Shown here in pieces: positions 11,853 through 24,708 of a stretch of DNA of 64,000 nt. A program made the translations under genes and the position numbers. The notes beneath the pieces are model-generated. The model searched no databases. It saw nothing but the letters and a program-made list of their open reading frames with translations, and was not told where the DNA came from. Origin of the DNA: Toensbergia leucococca (taxonomy: Eukaryota); contig JALDZS010000010.1 in assembly GCA_022813965.1 (NCBI GenBank), positions 62,001-126,000 on the forward strand, in the 5' to 3' direction. Position 1 is the stretch's first letter. The number at the start of each line of letters is the position of its first letter.

Positions 11853-12754
11853 TCTATGTTCTTTCAGCGAGGTACAATGAATGTGCTACGGCTGGTCGAC
11901 TCTGGGAGATTTCTTCTGACAGTAAGATCTTATCGTCTTGGTGGCAGTCAAAGGGATGATTTTGGATGCAACAAGCCATCGTCAACCGCTAAAAGGGTGC
12001 CTGGATATTGATATTACTTTTGATCCTCTATTCGGCATCTCTTCATTATTGTTCTCATTCCAGTGGATTCTACTGTAATCCTCTACACGCCACCAGACGC
12101 TACCCCGAAACGCGCATCAGTTCTTTATAAACTTACAAGAGCAGTCAACTGGTAACTCTTTTGTCATTGAATTTCTTCCGCTCAAGGAAGCCTCCCTCTC
12201 TACAACACCTTAGCTATATGACTCCATTGTAGCCCTTAGTAAAGGTCTTTCAGGATAATTAATGAAAAGGTAAAGTTACTAAGTAGATTTCTGTAGTAAT
12301 AAGGCCGTTGTGACTTCAGTGAGAGAAGCGGAGGCACACTAGTATGACCACTTAATACCTATAATGGCTATACCCTAAAGCTTCAATTCTTGCCTCGGTA
12401 GCTCGAACGTGCAGGGTCACCCGTTGATGCGAAATCCTTCGGGTTGGCAGATCGCTGACCACAACTCTCGCAATAGCACACCATTCTGGTACTGAGGCAA
12501 TTCAGTTCTTCTGAATGGTCAATATTTGGGTGTACTTGACAGCATAGAAGCAAATAGTTCTTCGTGCCTCCACGGACATGGATTGGGCGCATCTCATTGT
12601 TCCGGATCTTATTCTAGATTCGCACATAAAATAGGTAAGTAATCTCCTGTCCTCTCTATCGCCATTCTCATTTCACCCACCAATCTCCTTTACAAAGACT
12701 CTCAGAAGCACCCTCTTACAACCGCATCAGCACTGCATACACATCGATATCACA

Positions 12755-14399
12755 ATGCCGGATTATGACAGCTGGCAATCGCCACTGAGTGGCCGTTATG
12801 CAAGTTAGTACTTCCAATTACTTCCAGTCACCTAGGCTACCTCTAAGCTGCTACTAATCCATTTTATCAAAAGGCAAAGAGATGCTCCACTTGTTTTCAC
12901 CCCGTCAGCGGGCGTCAACGTGGAGGCAGCTATGGGTTTATCTAGCAGAAGCAGAAAAAGAGCTTGGACTCAGTATTAGCGACGCTGCAATTGCGCAAAT
13001 GCAGGACCATGTAATCATGACCAATGACGATTTTGAGGCTGCTGAAAGTGAAGAGCGATTGAGAAGGCACGACGTGATGGCTCATGTTCACGTGTTCGGT
13101 CAAGTTGCTCCAGAAGCAGCAGGCATCATACATTGGGGAGGTGAGTATTGTCTCACTATCAAGGAGGCCATAACATTGATCTTTGCTCCATTCCAGCCAC
13201 ATCGTGTTACGTCACAGACAATGCCGATTTGATCTTCCTGAAAACTGGATTCGATATGCTTCTGCCCAAGCTTGCAACCATCATAGACAAGCTCTCTGAT
13301 TTTGCCAAAACTCATCAAAATCTACCGTGTCTTGCATAGTAAGACCTTCCACTTTTTTTCATTTATGGCACAACACAATGGTCTGATCAAGGCGTTGATC
13401 AGTACGCATGGCCAGCCGGCACAACTAACAACTGTTGGGAAACGTACATGTCTTTGGATACAGGACCTCTTGATGGATCTTCGGAACTTTGAGCGTGCTA
13501 GATCAGATCTCCGCTTCCGAGGCGTCAAAGGGACGACAGGAACTCAGGCTTCCTTTCTTGCAATCTTCAACGGGGACCATTCCAAGGTCGAAGAGCTTGA
13601 CGAGATTGTGACCAAAAAGGCTGGATTCGATTCAGCCTACCTGATTTCCAGCCAGACATACTCGAGGAAGATTGATGTTGATGTTGGTAATGCTTTTTCA
13701 TCTTTTGGTTCTACTTGCCAGAGGATATTCGGAGACGTAAGAAGACTTGCCTCTTGCAAAGAGATGGAGGAGCCTTTTGAAAAGGATCAAATAGGGTCGT
13801 CGGCAATGGCCTACAAGAGAAATCCCATGCGCTCAGAACGAATTTGTGCACTAGGAAGGCACCTCTCAAACCTGAGCAAAGACGCCTCTGGCACCTTTGA
13901 AGCACAATGGTTTGAACGGACACTTGACGACTCTGCAATCCGTAGAATATATTTGCCGGAGATGTACCTTTGTGCAGACTCGCTAATGATTATCATGGAC
14001 AACGTGTGCTCGGGGCTTGTAGTCTACCCAGCTATCATCCAGAAGAGAATCAACGAGGAGCTTCCATTTATGGCCACAGAAAATATAATCATGGGTATCG
14101 TCGCGAAAGGAGGATCACGCCAAGTTGCTCATGAGCACGTCCGTGTACTCTCTCAGCAAAGTGCACGCGTTGTCAAAGAAGAAGGTGGAAGCAACGATCT
14201 CATCGAAAGAATCAGAAAAGAGCCTTTCTTCAAGCCAATCATCCACGATTTGCCAAAACTCCTGGATGCGAGAACCTTTGTTGGTAGGGCGCCGCAGCAG
14301 GTAGAGAGATTCACTGGGCCAGGTGGAGAGGTGAGAATGGCGTTGGACAAATACTCGGGCCTCATGACCAACGGCCAAGTAGTACAGCTTAGTATATGA
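12755..14399 (+). CDS. ADE13: Adenylosuccinate lyase (exons 12755-12803, 12874-13140, 13197-13338, 13403-14399)
   Basis: [46 protein letters not shown], signature [16 protein letters not shown] and [11 protein letters not shown]. All three GT-AG introns keep the frame. Confidence 0.96.
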
Positions 14400-15010
14400 A
14401 GATTATAGGCATGGAACAGAAGTCCTTGAAATATCGAGGACGTGTAGATAGTGACAGGAGGCCACCACTTGCTTGCTGACTTCAAAAGGTAACCAATATG
14501 CGAAAGTCATACTTACATGGCGCTTTACTGCTAAGCACTTGGAGTTCGTGCCTTATCCTTGACAGCATCTGCCAAGCACATGTCCGTACGATGTTGGCTT
14601 TTGACTTTAGAATAGCGATTGCCGCTCGAATACGGACGTAAAGCTGACCTCCAATTCACGAGTATCTTGCTACAGCTGGTGAGCCTGTGACTTTTCTCAA
14701 TGGTTGATGTACTGAACATCACTCTTTATCGTTTGGTCACATGAATCTTTGCGGATTCAAGGCAGTGTTGTGAACTGTTGCTGACGTGTTTAGCCGTTCG
14801 TTGCCCCGGTGTTTCTCTGCGTAAACAATGGCGTCACCGGATGTATTATTATTCTCGGTATAACGAGTAATCCAAAAATGATCCAATAGAATCGCAATTT
14901 CATTACGGATATTGGCCACTGCTCTGCACGTGGCTTCCACCTTTCTCAATGCTGCGCTCTGCATACCTCAATACCACATTCCAACCGGCAGCTGAGACAG
15001 TCTATCTCTT

Positions 15011-17095
15011 ATGGCGGGTCCCCGAAAGGAAGCCCGCCTTGACCGTCCTTCCAAACCTAATACTAGACCCAAGACAACGCCGAAGAAAAAGCCGCGACAA
15101 GATGCAGATGAAAAGCGAACCCCAGATCGAAAACCTCGAAGTCCCCCAAAGCGCTCTCAGCCTGTAAATCCCAAGAGCAACAGGTCATCACAGACCTCCT
15201 CCAATGTCCTTAGCATTGATTCATTAGCCAAACTCGATGCGCTCAATGAAAAGTCTGCGCAGGTCAGGCCGAAGGAGAAAGTATTGGGTGTCGAGGTTAG
15301 ACAGAAAGAAAAAGTGGTGACGGGTCGAGTGGTCAAGGACAGGGGAAAACATAGGCGGAAAACAGATGTTCGGAGGAGTGGTCGAGTGGTTAGTGGTGCT
15401 ATACTAGAAGAGGGAAGAGGGAGAAGAGGAGGCTATGTTAATACAGAAAAACGAAGATTCGGTAAGGGATGTTGGATAGCCATTGGGGTCGTGTTATTGC
15501 TTCTTGTTATTTTTATACCTGTTGGAGTGGTACTTGCAAACAAGAAGGGAGGAGGAGGAAGTGATAGTGGTGGAGGAGGTGGAGGAGCGACTACGCAGTC
15601 TGACCCTCCACCGAATAGTAATCTGGCGACCATCAACCAGAGTAGTATCCCAACTGCTGCTAAAGGGAGTGTATTGGACCCGTTCACATGGTACGATACA
15701 GCTGATTTCAACGTCACATACACAAATACCACCGTTGGAGGCTTACCCATTATGGGACTAAATTCGACATGGGATGATACAGCCAAGGCGAATGGCAACG
15801 TTCCTGCGCTGAACGAGACGTGGGCATACGGGACAATGCCAATACGGGGAATAAATTTAGGAGGGTGGCTATCGATTGAACCATTCATTACCCCAAGCAT
15901 GTTCAACTCGTACGAGGCGAGCGAGGGCATCGTGGACGAGTACACCTTAACGCAGCACTTAGGAGCCAGCCAGGCAGCAACGACGCTAGAAAAGCATTAC
16001 GACACTTTCATAACGGAGCAGAGCTTTTCAGATATACAGGCAGCAGGAATGGACCATGTCCGAATACCGTATTCGTACTGGGCCATCACGACATACCCTG
16101 GCGACCCATACGTTCCGAAAATCTCCTGGCGCTATCTCCTCCGAGGAATAGAATGGGCACGAAAATACGGTCTACGAGTGAATTTAGATCTTCACGCGGT
16201 ACCAGGAAGCCAGAATGGATGGAATCACAGCGGCCGCCAGGGTGCTATCGATTGGCTCAACGGCACTGACGGCGATCTCAACGGCCAACGCTCTCTAGAC
16301 CTCCACAATCAAATCTCCGCCTTTTTCGCCCAGCCGCGCTACCAAAACGTCATCGCCATCTACGGGCTAGTCAACGAGCCCAAAATGACCGCCCTACCCG
16401 TCGATTCTGTCCTGGCTTGGACCACCTCGGCCATCGATATCGTGCGAAAAAACGGCGTCCAGCAAACCATCGCCTTCGGCGACGGCTTCCTCGGCCTCCC
16501 TAATTGGAAAGGCAAGCTTCAAGGCATCACGGGCCTCGTCATGGACGCGCATCAGTACGTCATCTTCAACACTGCCCAGCTAGCGTACACGCACCAGACG
16601 AAGATCCAGTTTGCCTGCTCGGGCTGGTCCTCGCAGATGTCGGCTAGCATCAACGTGCAGACGGGTTTCGGCCCCACTCTCTGCGGGGAATGGTCCCAGG
16701 CTGACACGGATTGTGCCACCTACCTGAACAACGTCAATGTCGGCTCCCGCTGGACCGGTACCATGAACACCGGCAACCCCCTCACCCAGATCCTCACGCC
16801 AACCTGCCCCGCCAATAGCGGCAATTGCGAATGCACGGACGCGAACGCGGATCCGGCGCAGTACAGCAATGAGTACAAGCAGTGGCTGCTCATGAACGCG
16901 GAGGCGCAAATGACAAGTTTTGAGATTGGGTGGGGGTGGTTCTATTGGACTTGGATCACCGAGACTGCGGTGCAGTGGAGTTGGAAAGGAGGGATGGCCG
17001 CAGGGATTTTGCCGAACAAAGTTTGGGAGAGGGGATTTAATTGTAGTCAGAGTGTGCCGGACTTCAAGGGGGAGGGGTTGGCGGAGAACTATTAG
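15011..17095 (+). CDS. Membrane-anchored GH5 glucan 1,3-beta-glucosidase (ExgD-like)
   Basis: Basic cytosolic N-terminus, one TM helix (WIAIGVVLLLLVIFIPVGVVL), then GINLGGWLSIEPFITPS, HVRIP, DLHAVPGSQNGWNHSG, catalytic NEP and GEWS, GWFYWTW. Confidence 0.92.
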   Translation: MAGPRKEARLDRPSKPNTRPKTTPKKKPRQDADEKRTPDRKPRSPPKRSQPVNPKSNRSSQTSSNVLSIDSLAKLDALNEKSAQVRPKEKVLGVEVRQKEKVVTGRVVKDRGKHRRKTDVRRSGRVVSGAILEEGRGRRGGYVNTEKRRFGKGCWIAIGVVLLLLVIFIPVGVVLANKKGGGGSDSGGGGGGATTQSDPPPNSNLATINQSSIPTAAKGSVLDPFTWYDTADFNVTYTNTTVGGLPIMGLNSTWDDTAKANGNVPALNETWAYGTMPIRGINLGGWLSIEPFITPSMFNSYEASEGIVDEYTLTQHLGASQAATTLEKHYDTFITEQSFSDIQAAGMDHVRIPYSYWAITTYPGDPYVPKISWRYLLRGIEWARKYGLRVNLDLHAVPGSQNGWNHSGRQGAIDWLNGTDGDLNGQRSLDLHNQISAFFAQPRYQNVIAIYGLVNEPKMTALPVDSVLAWTTSAIDIVRKNGVQQTIAFGDGFLGLPNWKGKLQGITGLVMDAHQYVIFNTAQLAYTHQTKIQFACSGWSSQMSASINVQTGFGPTLCGEWSQADTDCATYLNNVNVGSRWTGTMNTGNPLTQILTPTCPANSGNCECTDANADPAQYSNEYKQWLLMNAEAQMTSFEIGWGWFYWTWITETAVQWSWKGGMAAGILPNKVWERGFNCSQSVPDFKGEGLAENY

Positions 17096-18203
17096 GAGGG
17101 GAGGGGATGATGGAGGAAATGTGGAAGATTATTTGTTTTTGTTTTTGCATTGCGTTGGCGTTTTGGAAGGGGTTTTGGTCGGAATGGATTGGCGACACAT
17201 ACCCCCTCTTGTTTTTTTTTTGGAGTATCTATCTCATTTGTCTGCTTTTTGTTTAGGGGGCTGGAGCTTTGAAAGTGCTCCTCCTGGAACAACGAGCGGT
17301 TTTCTGAGGTTTTTGCATAGCGAGAGGCGCGGAAAGGGGGAAGGGGTGGTGGTTTTGTACATAATCAAGGTAGCGGACGTTTTTTCAACGTTTTTAAGAC
17401 CGTGCAGTGTGTCTCGGAGAATTTTCATGTGTTGCAGTGGATTGCCTGTCTCTTATTTGAGGGGATTTGGGAGGACAGGGGGCGTAGATTTGGGTTGGGC
17501 ATAGTGTGGACTGGATGAAACGTGCAAGAAGATTCCTTTTTTTTATATATTTGCTTCTTCTTTTTCTTCTTGCATTGGGCTGGATTTCTGCTTTTTCAAG
17601 TAAAGTATGATGAGGGTTTCTCCGATACAAGTTGAGCAGGCTCAACAGTGTACTTCAATTCGGGCAACGAAGCACTTCGAATCGAGGAATGAAAGGGCTT
17701 ATTCTAGCGAGCTTGGCGGTGGCGGTGATGGCAGAGAGGCCAAAGGAATCCGATGGCGTAGTTGGCTTCTTGGCATCATCAGACATCCTATTTTGACTTC
17801 TCTCCAATTTCCATCACGGGTGTTCGCAGCATGCATGTGAGCACCTCGATTCCCTACAATCATCTTATCGTTGTACCACCTTTGCGAGATAGAGACGCCT
17901 TGGCCCGCTTCTGGGGCCCACGTGAGAGGCATGACTGGCTCTGGCTTCGCGAGAAGATCGACAACCACTCTCGAGCCACTGCAGTTGTTGTACCTTCCTG
18001 ATAGAAAGGGAGCCCGACTTCATACAAGAACTTTCAATTCCCATGGCTTTCGGGGATGATCGTAGTCTCCCGTCCATGCAGACTTATGCTCTTCTACCAA
18101 GGTAATTGACTTTTCAAATCTTACACCAGACTTGGCAGTGCCCGTCTATCCAAAGCCCCTAGAACGACACGATCAAGGAAGTTTGACGACGAGTCGCGCA
18201 ACC

Positions 18204-19951
18204 ATGTCTGACAAAGAGCGCATCAGTGATGACGAAGTTGAAGTCACTGACAAGGTTGCCGGGGCACCTGGTATTGTCGCCGTCCCCGAGGATCCCGCCG
18301 CTCCTTCTAAAGAGGTTTCTTCCAAGAGGCAGTCGCTGTCTGATATTTTTACTATTGTATGCCTAGCCACTCCCCGTATACTGTCGGGCAATCGGCTATC
18401 TGGAAAATCGCTAAGCAGAATCTGCCCCTTAGTTTTGCTCTGGCTTTGCTTTGATTAGCGATGGGTACCAAAACAACCTTATGTGTGCAAATCCCTATTC
18501 ACCCAGACTTGGTAACCGACAGATCTGTTTTATGCTAACAAAGGTAGGACTATGACCAATGTACTGCTTAAAAAGGAATACCCGAAACAGTATACCTCAA
18601 CAGTCAGCACCCAAGTATCAAACGCTCTCCTTGTAGGCGAGATTATAGGCCAGATTACCATCGGTTTAACATGCGACTATCTGGGCCGAAAGGTCGCCAT
18701 CGTGACCACCACTGCTATGATTGTCATCGGAGGCATTTTAGCCACCGCGTCACATGGCGTTACCATTAACGGCATGTTCTGGATGATGACTATAGCGCGA
18801 GGCGTTGTGGGATTTGGAACTGGCGGAGAATATCCTGCATCTTCAGCGTCAGCCTCTGAAGCAGCAAATGAATATACCCTGAGTAGACGTGGTCCGATTT
18901 TCATCCTCGTGACTAATTTACCGCTTTCATTTGGTGGTCCTCTGGCTGTGAGTGTTTTTTTGATTGTACTCAAAGCAGCTGGGGAGAATCATCTCTCAAC
19001 GGTATGGCGTGTGTGCTTCGGAATCGGATGCCTACTGCCATTGACTGTCTTTTACTTCCGTATCAAAATGCTCAATTCAAAGTTGTATCGGAGAGGTGCG
19101 ATTAAGAGGCGGGTGCCCTACCTTCTGGTATTGAAATATTACTGGAAGTCGTTGATTGGGACTTGTGGAGCCTGGTTCATATATGACTTTGTAAGTGTCT
19201 TTGTGATTGTACTTTTCTACCATATCAATGAGATTCGCAGGTCACATTTCCAAATGGTGTCTTCTCCGGGCGAATTATTTCCAGTGTAGTCCACAACGGT
19301 AGCTTGCTGAGCACTGGCGAGTGGCAGCTTCTCCTAGGGTCTATTGCCTTACCCGGTGTCTTCTTGGGAGCCTACCTCTGTGATCGACTGGGCCGAAAGA
19401 ACACAATGATGCTTGGCTTTAGTGGATATCGTAAGTAGAGCTTCCATGCACAACCCTGGAGTTGCAGCTGAATGGCATCAGTCATCTTCGGCCTCATCAT
19501 TGGCTGTGCCTATGATCAAATCACCAAGATTCTTCCTCTATTTGTCGTCTTCTATGGCCTTATGCTGTCTTCGGGCAACCTAGGTCCAGGAGATATGCTG
19601 GGTCTTCTCTCGTCAGAGAGTTACGCAACGGCCGTTCGAGGAACTTGTTATGGCATCTCGGCTGCCTTGGGTAAAACTGGGGCAGCTGTAGGAACCGAAG
19701 TCTTCACACCGATCCAGACGAATCTGGGAAAAAGATGGACGTTTATTATCGCAGCGATTTGTGGTGTTGTTGGAGTTTTGGTAACATGGATCTTTGTTAA
19801 AGATGTAAAAGGCGACGATCTGGCGATTGAGGACGAGAAGTTCCGGGCATATCTTGTGAACCATGGATGGGATGGGGAGATGGGTGAAGACGATCTCAAG
19901 GCGATGGCAGAAAGGGGGATCCCATCCGGCATTGTTGAGGAAGTGAATTGA
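18204..19951 (+). CDS. MFS glycerophosphoinositol/phosphate permease (GIT1-like), multi-exon
   Basis: SGFALISDGYQN, CDYLGRK, GFGTGGEYPASSASASEAANE, WFIYDF, GNLGPGD..LLSSESYATAVRGTCYGISAALGKTGA. Confidence 0.88.
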
Positions 19952-20195
19952 GACGTGACAGTGTTGAAAGTGTGAATGCGGCGGTAAAGGTAGGTGTTGT
20001 CTGGTGAATGTCGCGGCAATTATTCACCATCAACACCTTTGAATCATCCGAGACTATAATACGACTCAACCATTCCTTCTTAGCATTTTTCATCCATCAT
20101 CGATCATCTATTATCTGTGTTTTCTGAAGATATCCAAGTGCTAGGCGCTAATAATCGCCCTAACCGCAATAATCGCCCTAGACGCTACAGACGCC

Positions 20196-21621
20196 ATGGA
20201 TTCTGCCGGATCATCAAGTGAGCGTGTGAATCAGCAGCCAGTATTGCCGAGCCAGCATCCCAATTCGGGCTTTACCGAAGAACAGACATGCTATCTTCTG
20301 GCACACCTTGAAAAGCGCTATCCTAATATCGTCACACGCTTCAACACAGAGTTCTCGGAAACCCGCACTTACAGCGACATAAGTGGATTCCTCAGATTCA
20401 AGCTCACACAGCCAAGCGAAGTTCGAAGATTGTTACACAAATCAAAAGAATACCATTGGTCTCCAAGGCGTCTCGAGTCATCCCAGCTTCAACCCAACCC
20501 AACCCCTACTCCGAATCAACACACTAGGAAATGGACTGACGAGCAGCTTACTGACGAGCAGCTTGCCTTTTTTCACTGGTCCAACAGCCTGTCATATCCC
20601 AAAGAGGAGGTTCTTTCACTTTTCCATTCCAAATTCAACATCCACGGACATTGGGTAAGCATACAGGCAGTCATAAATAGATTCGATGGCGGCAAATCAC
20701 GCTTGCTCGCCATCGCACAATCATTCCCCTGGTACAACGCTGCTACCATATCGACGCCTTCAGCTCAAGGAAAATGGACGATACAACACCGAGCCTATCT
20801 CCTTGTCCACGGTCTACGGTTAAGCCATAGAGACACGGTGTGCAACATGTTTATGGACAAGTTTCCTGAGCTCGGCCGAGACCATGAGCTGGTGTACGAC
20901 GAGCTCGTACGGGCGAAGAGCGTGACGTCAAGACAGCCCTTACTGGAATATGCTAGGAGATGTAGTTGGTATACCCCTATGGAAGGCGAAGAGAATCCGG
21001 GATTCGAGGCAAGAATGAGGCAGAAGAACCAGGCAGAGGCGAGGGAGAGATTGCGTCAGGCAAAGTCCGCGTATAACGATATTAGTCTAAATGTCGCTAC
21101 GGCACATTATATGGCGATGGCGAAAAAGGAGCATCTAAGCAAGGAGAGAAAGAATAGATATAAGGATGGGAAGGAGTCTGAGTACGAAGCCAGGCAGAAG
21201 AAGAAGGAAGCCGGGTAAGTCATGTCTTCTTCATCCCGCCTGTTGCGTATCCTACCTCATCTCTTTTATCCTATCCAATTCATCACCTGTGTCTTTTATC
21301 ACAGCTTCAGTGTGTCAAACAAGCTTTCGTTCCGTTCACCTTCCTTCCATTCTGGTCCCATTCACTTACCTCGCTCTTTTCTACAGAAAACACCTCCCTC
21401 CCCTATCCCGTTCGCCGTCCATAAAGTCGGAACCAGACTCCGACTCCGAGAATCGTGTCCTCTGGTCGAACCCGCAATATGACCCAACCATCGACGACCT
21501 CGGCTCCCTCCACTCCCCTCCAGCCTCATCTACCTCCACAACCTCATCTTCTGCCTCAAACAAATCTGTCACCCCATCTCCCTCAACTCCCCCTCAAGCA
21601 AGTAAGAAATCAAGAGTCTAA
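20196..21621 (+). CDS. Hypothetical protein with three tandem Myb/SANT-like repeats (exons 20196-21214, 21387-21621; ~417 aa)
   Basis: 340-aa ORF whose stop overlaps a GTAAGT donor. A CTTAC branch site and CTACAG acceptor at 21386 join it in frame to a Ser/Thr/Pro-rich tail. Repeats begin GFTEEQ, KWTDEQ and KWTIQH. Confidence 0.65.
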
Positions 21622-22460
21622 CACCCTCGATTTTTGGTATTTTGGAGCGAAACGAATCACGAGAAAGAACCACGAATGGAACGGTTGGAATGGGCGATGG
21701 AACAAAGCTTTTTATGCGATGATAGCAGTGGGGATATGTCAATCGATGATGCTACGGATTGTACGAAGCGAACTTGGCGAGATGAGAGAACCCAGGGCAG
21801 GTTTTTCATAGATGATAGGAACGGCACATGGTCTTTTAGTTGGATTTTACTTTTTGAATTTCAGTCATGTATTATCCGATACAGCATGGAGCGAACACCT
21901 CAGCTTCAGCCACAAGGGGCGCTCTGTTGGGGAAATCCAAGTACATAGCAAGCACGTTCTCTTTCTCATCCCCGAAAGCGTATCCAAGTCTTCAATTTTC
22001 GAGACTTCTGAACCCGAATGACACATCAGATGAATAAAACAAAATTCAAAAATTCAAAAACTCTTTGCCCCTCCCTCTGCCTCGTACCGTGCGAGAAACT
22101 AAACCAAAACACATGAGTAAAGAATATATATATAAGATAAGATACATTGAAAATCCGCCCCCTCTCCCTTCCCGGGACTTACCCCCAACTTCCTATCCCG
22201 TAGCTACTCTATGCACACACAAGATGAAAAAAAAACCCTCAAGTGCTCCCCCGCCAATACCAATAGACTTGGAAAAAAACGCCTTGTCGCTAGATGATGG
22301 ATGTAATGGATAGATGGAAACGGAAAACGCCCCCGGCCAGCGCCCGATCCTCCCGGGGGAAAAAAAACAGAAAAAGGAACATGGCTTCTCACTCCCTCAT
22401 CCCACCTATCATGCAAGGATATTGCCCACCTATACCTATGTTTCAAAAAGGCTCATTTCA

Positions 22461-24469
22461 TCACCTCCCAGATTGCATAACCACCCTCGCCCCTTCCTTC
22501 CCTAATACCCCCCTCTCCGTCGGTTTCGGACTCCGATCTCTCACCCTCCTTGACAAAAAGCCCAGCATCCCGTGCGCTTTGTTCGATCGCCCTGGCCCCG
22601 TTTCTTCTACATCTACGGGAGGATTCTGGTTATTCAATTCGGACCACGATCCTGTTGCTTCGAGGACGACCTGCACGCCACCGCCTTTCGAAGCTGTGCG
22701 AGCACCACCTCGAGGTCTATGAGGCGCTTGTGCTGCCGCACGTTGTTGTGAACGTGAGTGCAGAGAGGGAACGTGAGCGGGTGAGGCGACGCGGGACTCG
22801 ATGGCGGAGAAATACTCGGATTGCGTGGAGTGGGCGCTGGGGATTTTTGAGGCAGGCAAAGGTGGCGATCCGTTTGGTGAATTTGTGCCGGAACGTGGTA
22901 CGCTTATCTGGTCATCGCTCGCTTTTGTTTGCAAGGGAGATCCATTCGGAGGTTGGGAGGGGTGTGAGGGATCGATCGGGCTGGCAAAATCACTGAAAAA
23001 TATACGGTCAATGTCAAGGTACGCTGATAACCAGGAAAGAAAGATCACCGTACGGTATTGTAGTGTAGTCGAATGGCTCAAAGAGAGTTTCGATCATTCG
23101 GTGGAGCTCCTCCTCCCTAATCTCCTTGTCCGTAGCATCATCCTTTAATTGAACCCTGGGCTTTTGCCGCCGTGCTCGTGCTTCCAGCGGTGCTTCCTCT
23201 AGAAGCAGCTCCTCCAGATCGTACGTTGCGTCGAAGTTGGTTTTCTCGCTAGATGGTATGAAAATTGGTGCAATTTGTTTCTTCTCCAACGCCACGAAAT
23301 CGATTGCCCGGAAAAAAGGATTGTCTGTGAAAGTTTGAAAGTCCAAAGCCCCGATCCTTTTTTGCTTGTCTTTCTCCAACAAGGAGCTGATTGCGTGGAG
23401 ACATGACATGGATACTGCCGGTTGTGTGACTGGGTAATTCGGAGTACCTTTGAGAATTTCTTTCTCTAGTTTCGCATGATTAGATCCTTCGAAGGGTCTC
23501 TGAACACTATCAGTGTTGTTGTTCCAATGACTTGCGGCAGACAAACCTTATTGTAGATGCACTCGTAAAATGTTACTCCTAGTGACCACCAGTCTACCTC
23601 ACTCAAATATCCTGTACCAGCGTACACTTCAGGCGCGAGGTATGCAAGCGTACCGGACTTGCTGTGCAGCTCTTTTTCCGGCTTGAATTCGGAGGCCACG
23701 TTCTATGCAAGATCAGTAGCCGTCCCGGAGAATGTGTTAAAGAAGACGTACAAAGTCGGCCAGATGTACATGGCCATCCAAGTCCAGAAGGACATTGTCA
23801 GGCTTCAAGTCCCGATGTACTATGCCTTGCTTGTGTATATATCTCAAGGCGCATCCCAATTGTGCCATCCAGAAACGTACAGCCTCTTCGGTAAAGGTCT
23901 TTCTGGAAATATGAAACCTCAAGTCTCCCCCATTCATAAGATCCACAACAATATACCTAGTAGAATGTCAGATAGAATCCTTCTTGTTCGGGAGAGCAAA
24001 AGCAGTCGACATACAGATATTCAATGTCTTGAAAGCTATAACGCAAGTTACAAAGGAAAGGATGACTCAGATGTTCCAGCATCCTCCGCTCCCGTATTAT
24101 ATTCCGCACGCTTTCGGATCGAACGACTAGATTCCGAGGTAAGCCTATGTCCGACAACTGATTTTTCTCTGGGGTATTGCTAACCCTCATCTTTCCGAAT
24201 ATATTTCAGTGCAAAGGTCAAGCCAGTGTCCCTACGCTCGACGATCCGCACCTTTCCAAACGCACCTTTTCCCACCACTCGTAATAAGCGAAAGTGATTC
24301 AAATTGACTACTTTGTCGATCCATGTCAGCGGACGCACGAATGAGGATGCTCATGGCCAGTCTACTGGGGAAGCACCATATCACACAAGGTTGAGGGCAT
24401 ACGAAGACGGGACTCGAAAATCTTACCTTCATTGGTGAACACGACGGGTTTGCCAGTAGAGTTTCCCAT
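22461..24469 (-). CDS. Ser/Thr protein kinase, AGC/YANK (STK32-like), multi-exon
   Basis: MGNSTGK start, [88 protein letters not shown]. Confidence 0.92.
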
Positions 24470-24624
24470 GGATGCGCTGTAAAGGCGGTGAAAGAGGTGC
24501 AAGACATCTAACCTGTGGAGCCCAATGGTGACGGCTTGGAGGGCAACAGCAGAGACTCTTCTCAGGAAACTATGCAGTTGGAGGAAGAACAAGGTGGTTG
24601 ATCAATTCAAGTAAGCAGCCGGTC

Positions 24625-24708
24625 GTAGCAGTGGTGGTAATGGTGGCAGTGGTGGTAGTGGTGGTAGTAGTGGTAGTATTAGTAGTATTAGTAGCAGTTG
24701 GTGGTGGT
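24625..24708. repeat. Imperfect (GTG/GTA)n trinucleotide tract upstream of the kinase
   Basis: gtagcagtggtggtaatggtggcagtggtggtagtggtggtagtagtggtagtattagtagtattagtagcagttggtggtggt. Confidence 0.8.

Noticed and set aside
5729..14399. Phosphatase + MFS exporter + 2OG oxygenase + adenylosuccinate lyase as a cryptic biosynthetic cluster
   Set aside because: No PKS, NRPS, terpene or other core enzyme is present. ADE13 has fully canonical motifs, as expected for the housekeeping copy. It would only be worth revisiting if a second ADE13 exists elsewhere in the genome.
16920..17504. 194-aa ORF overlapping the GH5 3' end
   Set aside because: Alternative-frame run-on into low-complexity G/T-rich 3' UTR, with no motifs.
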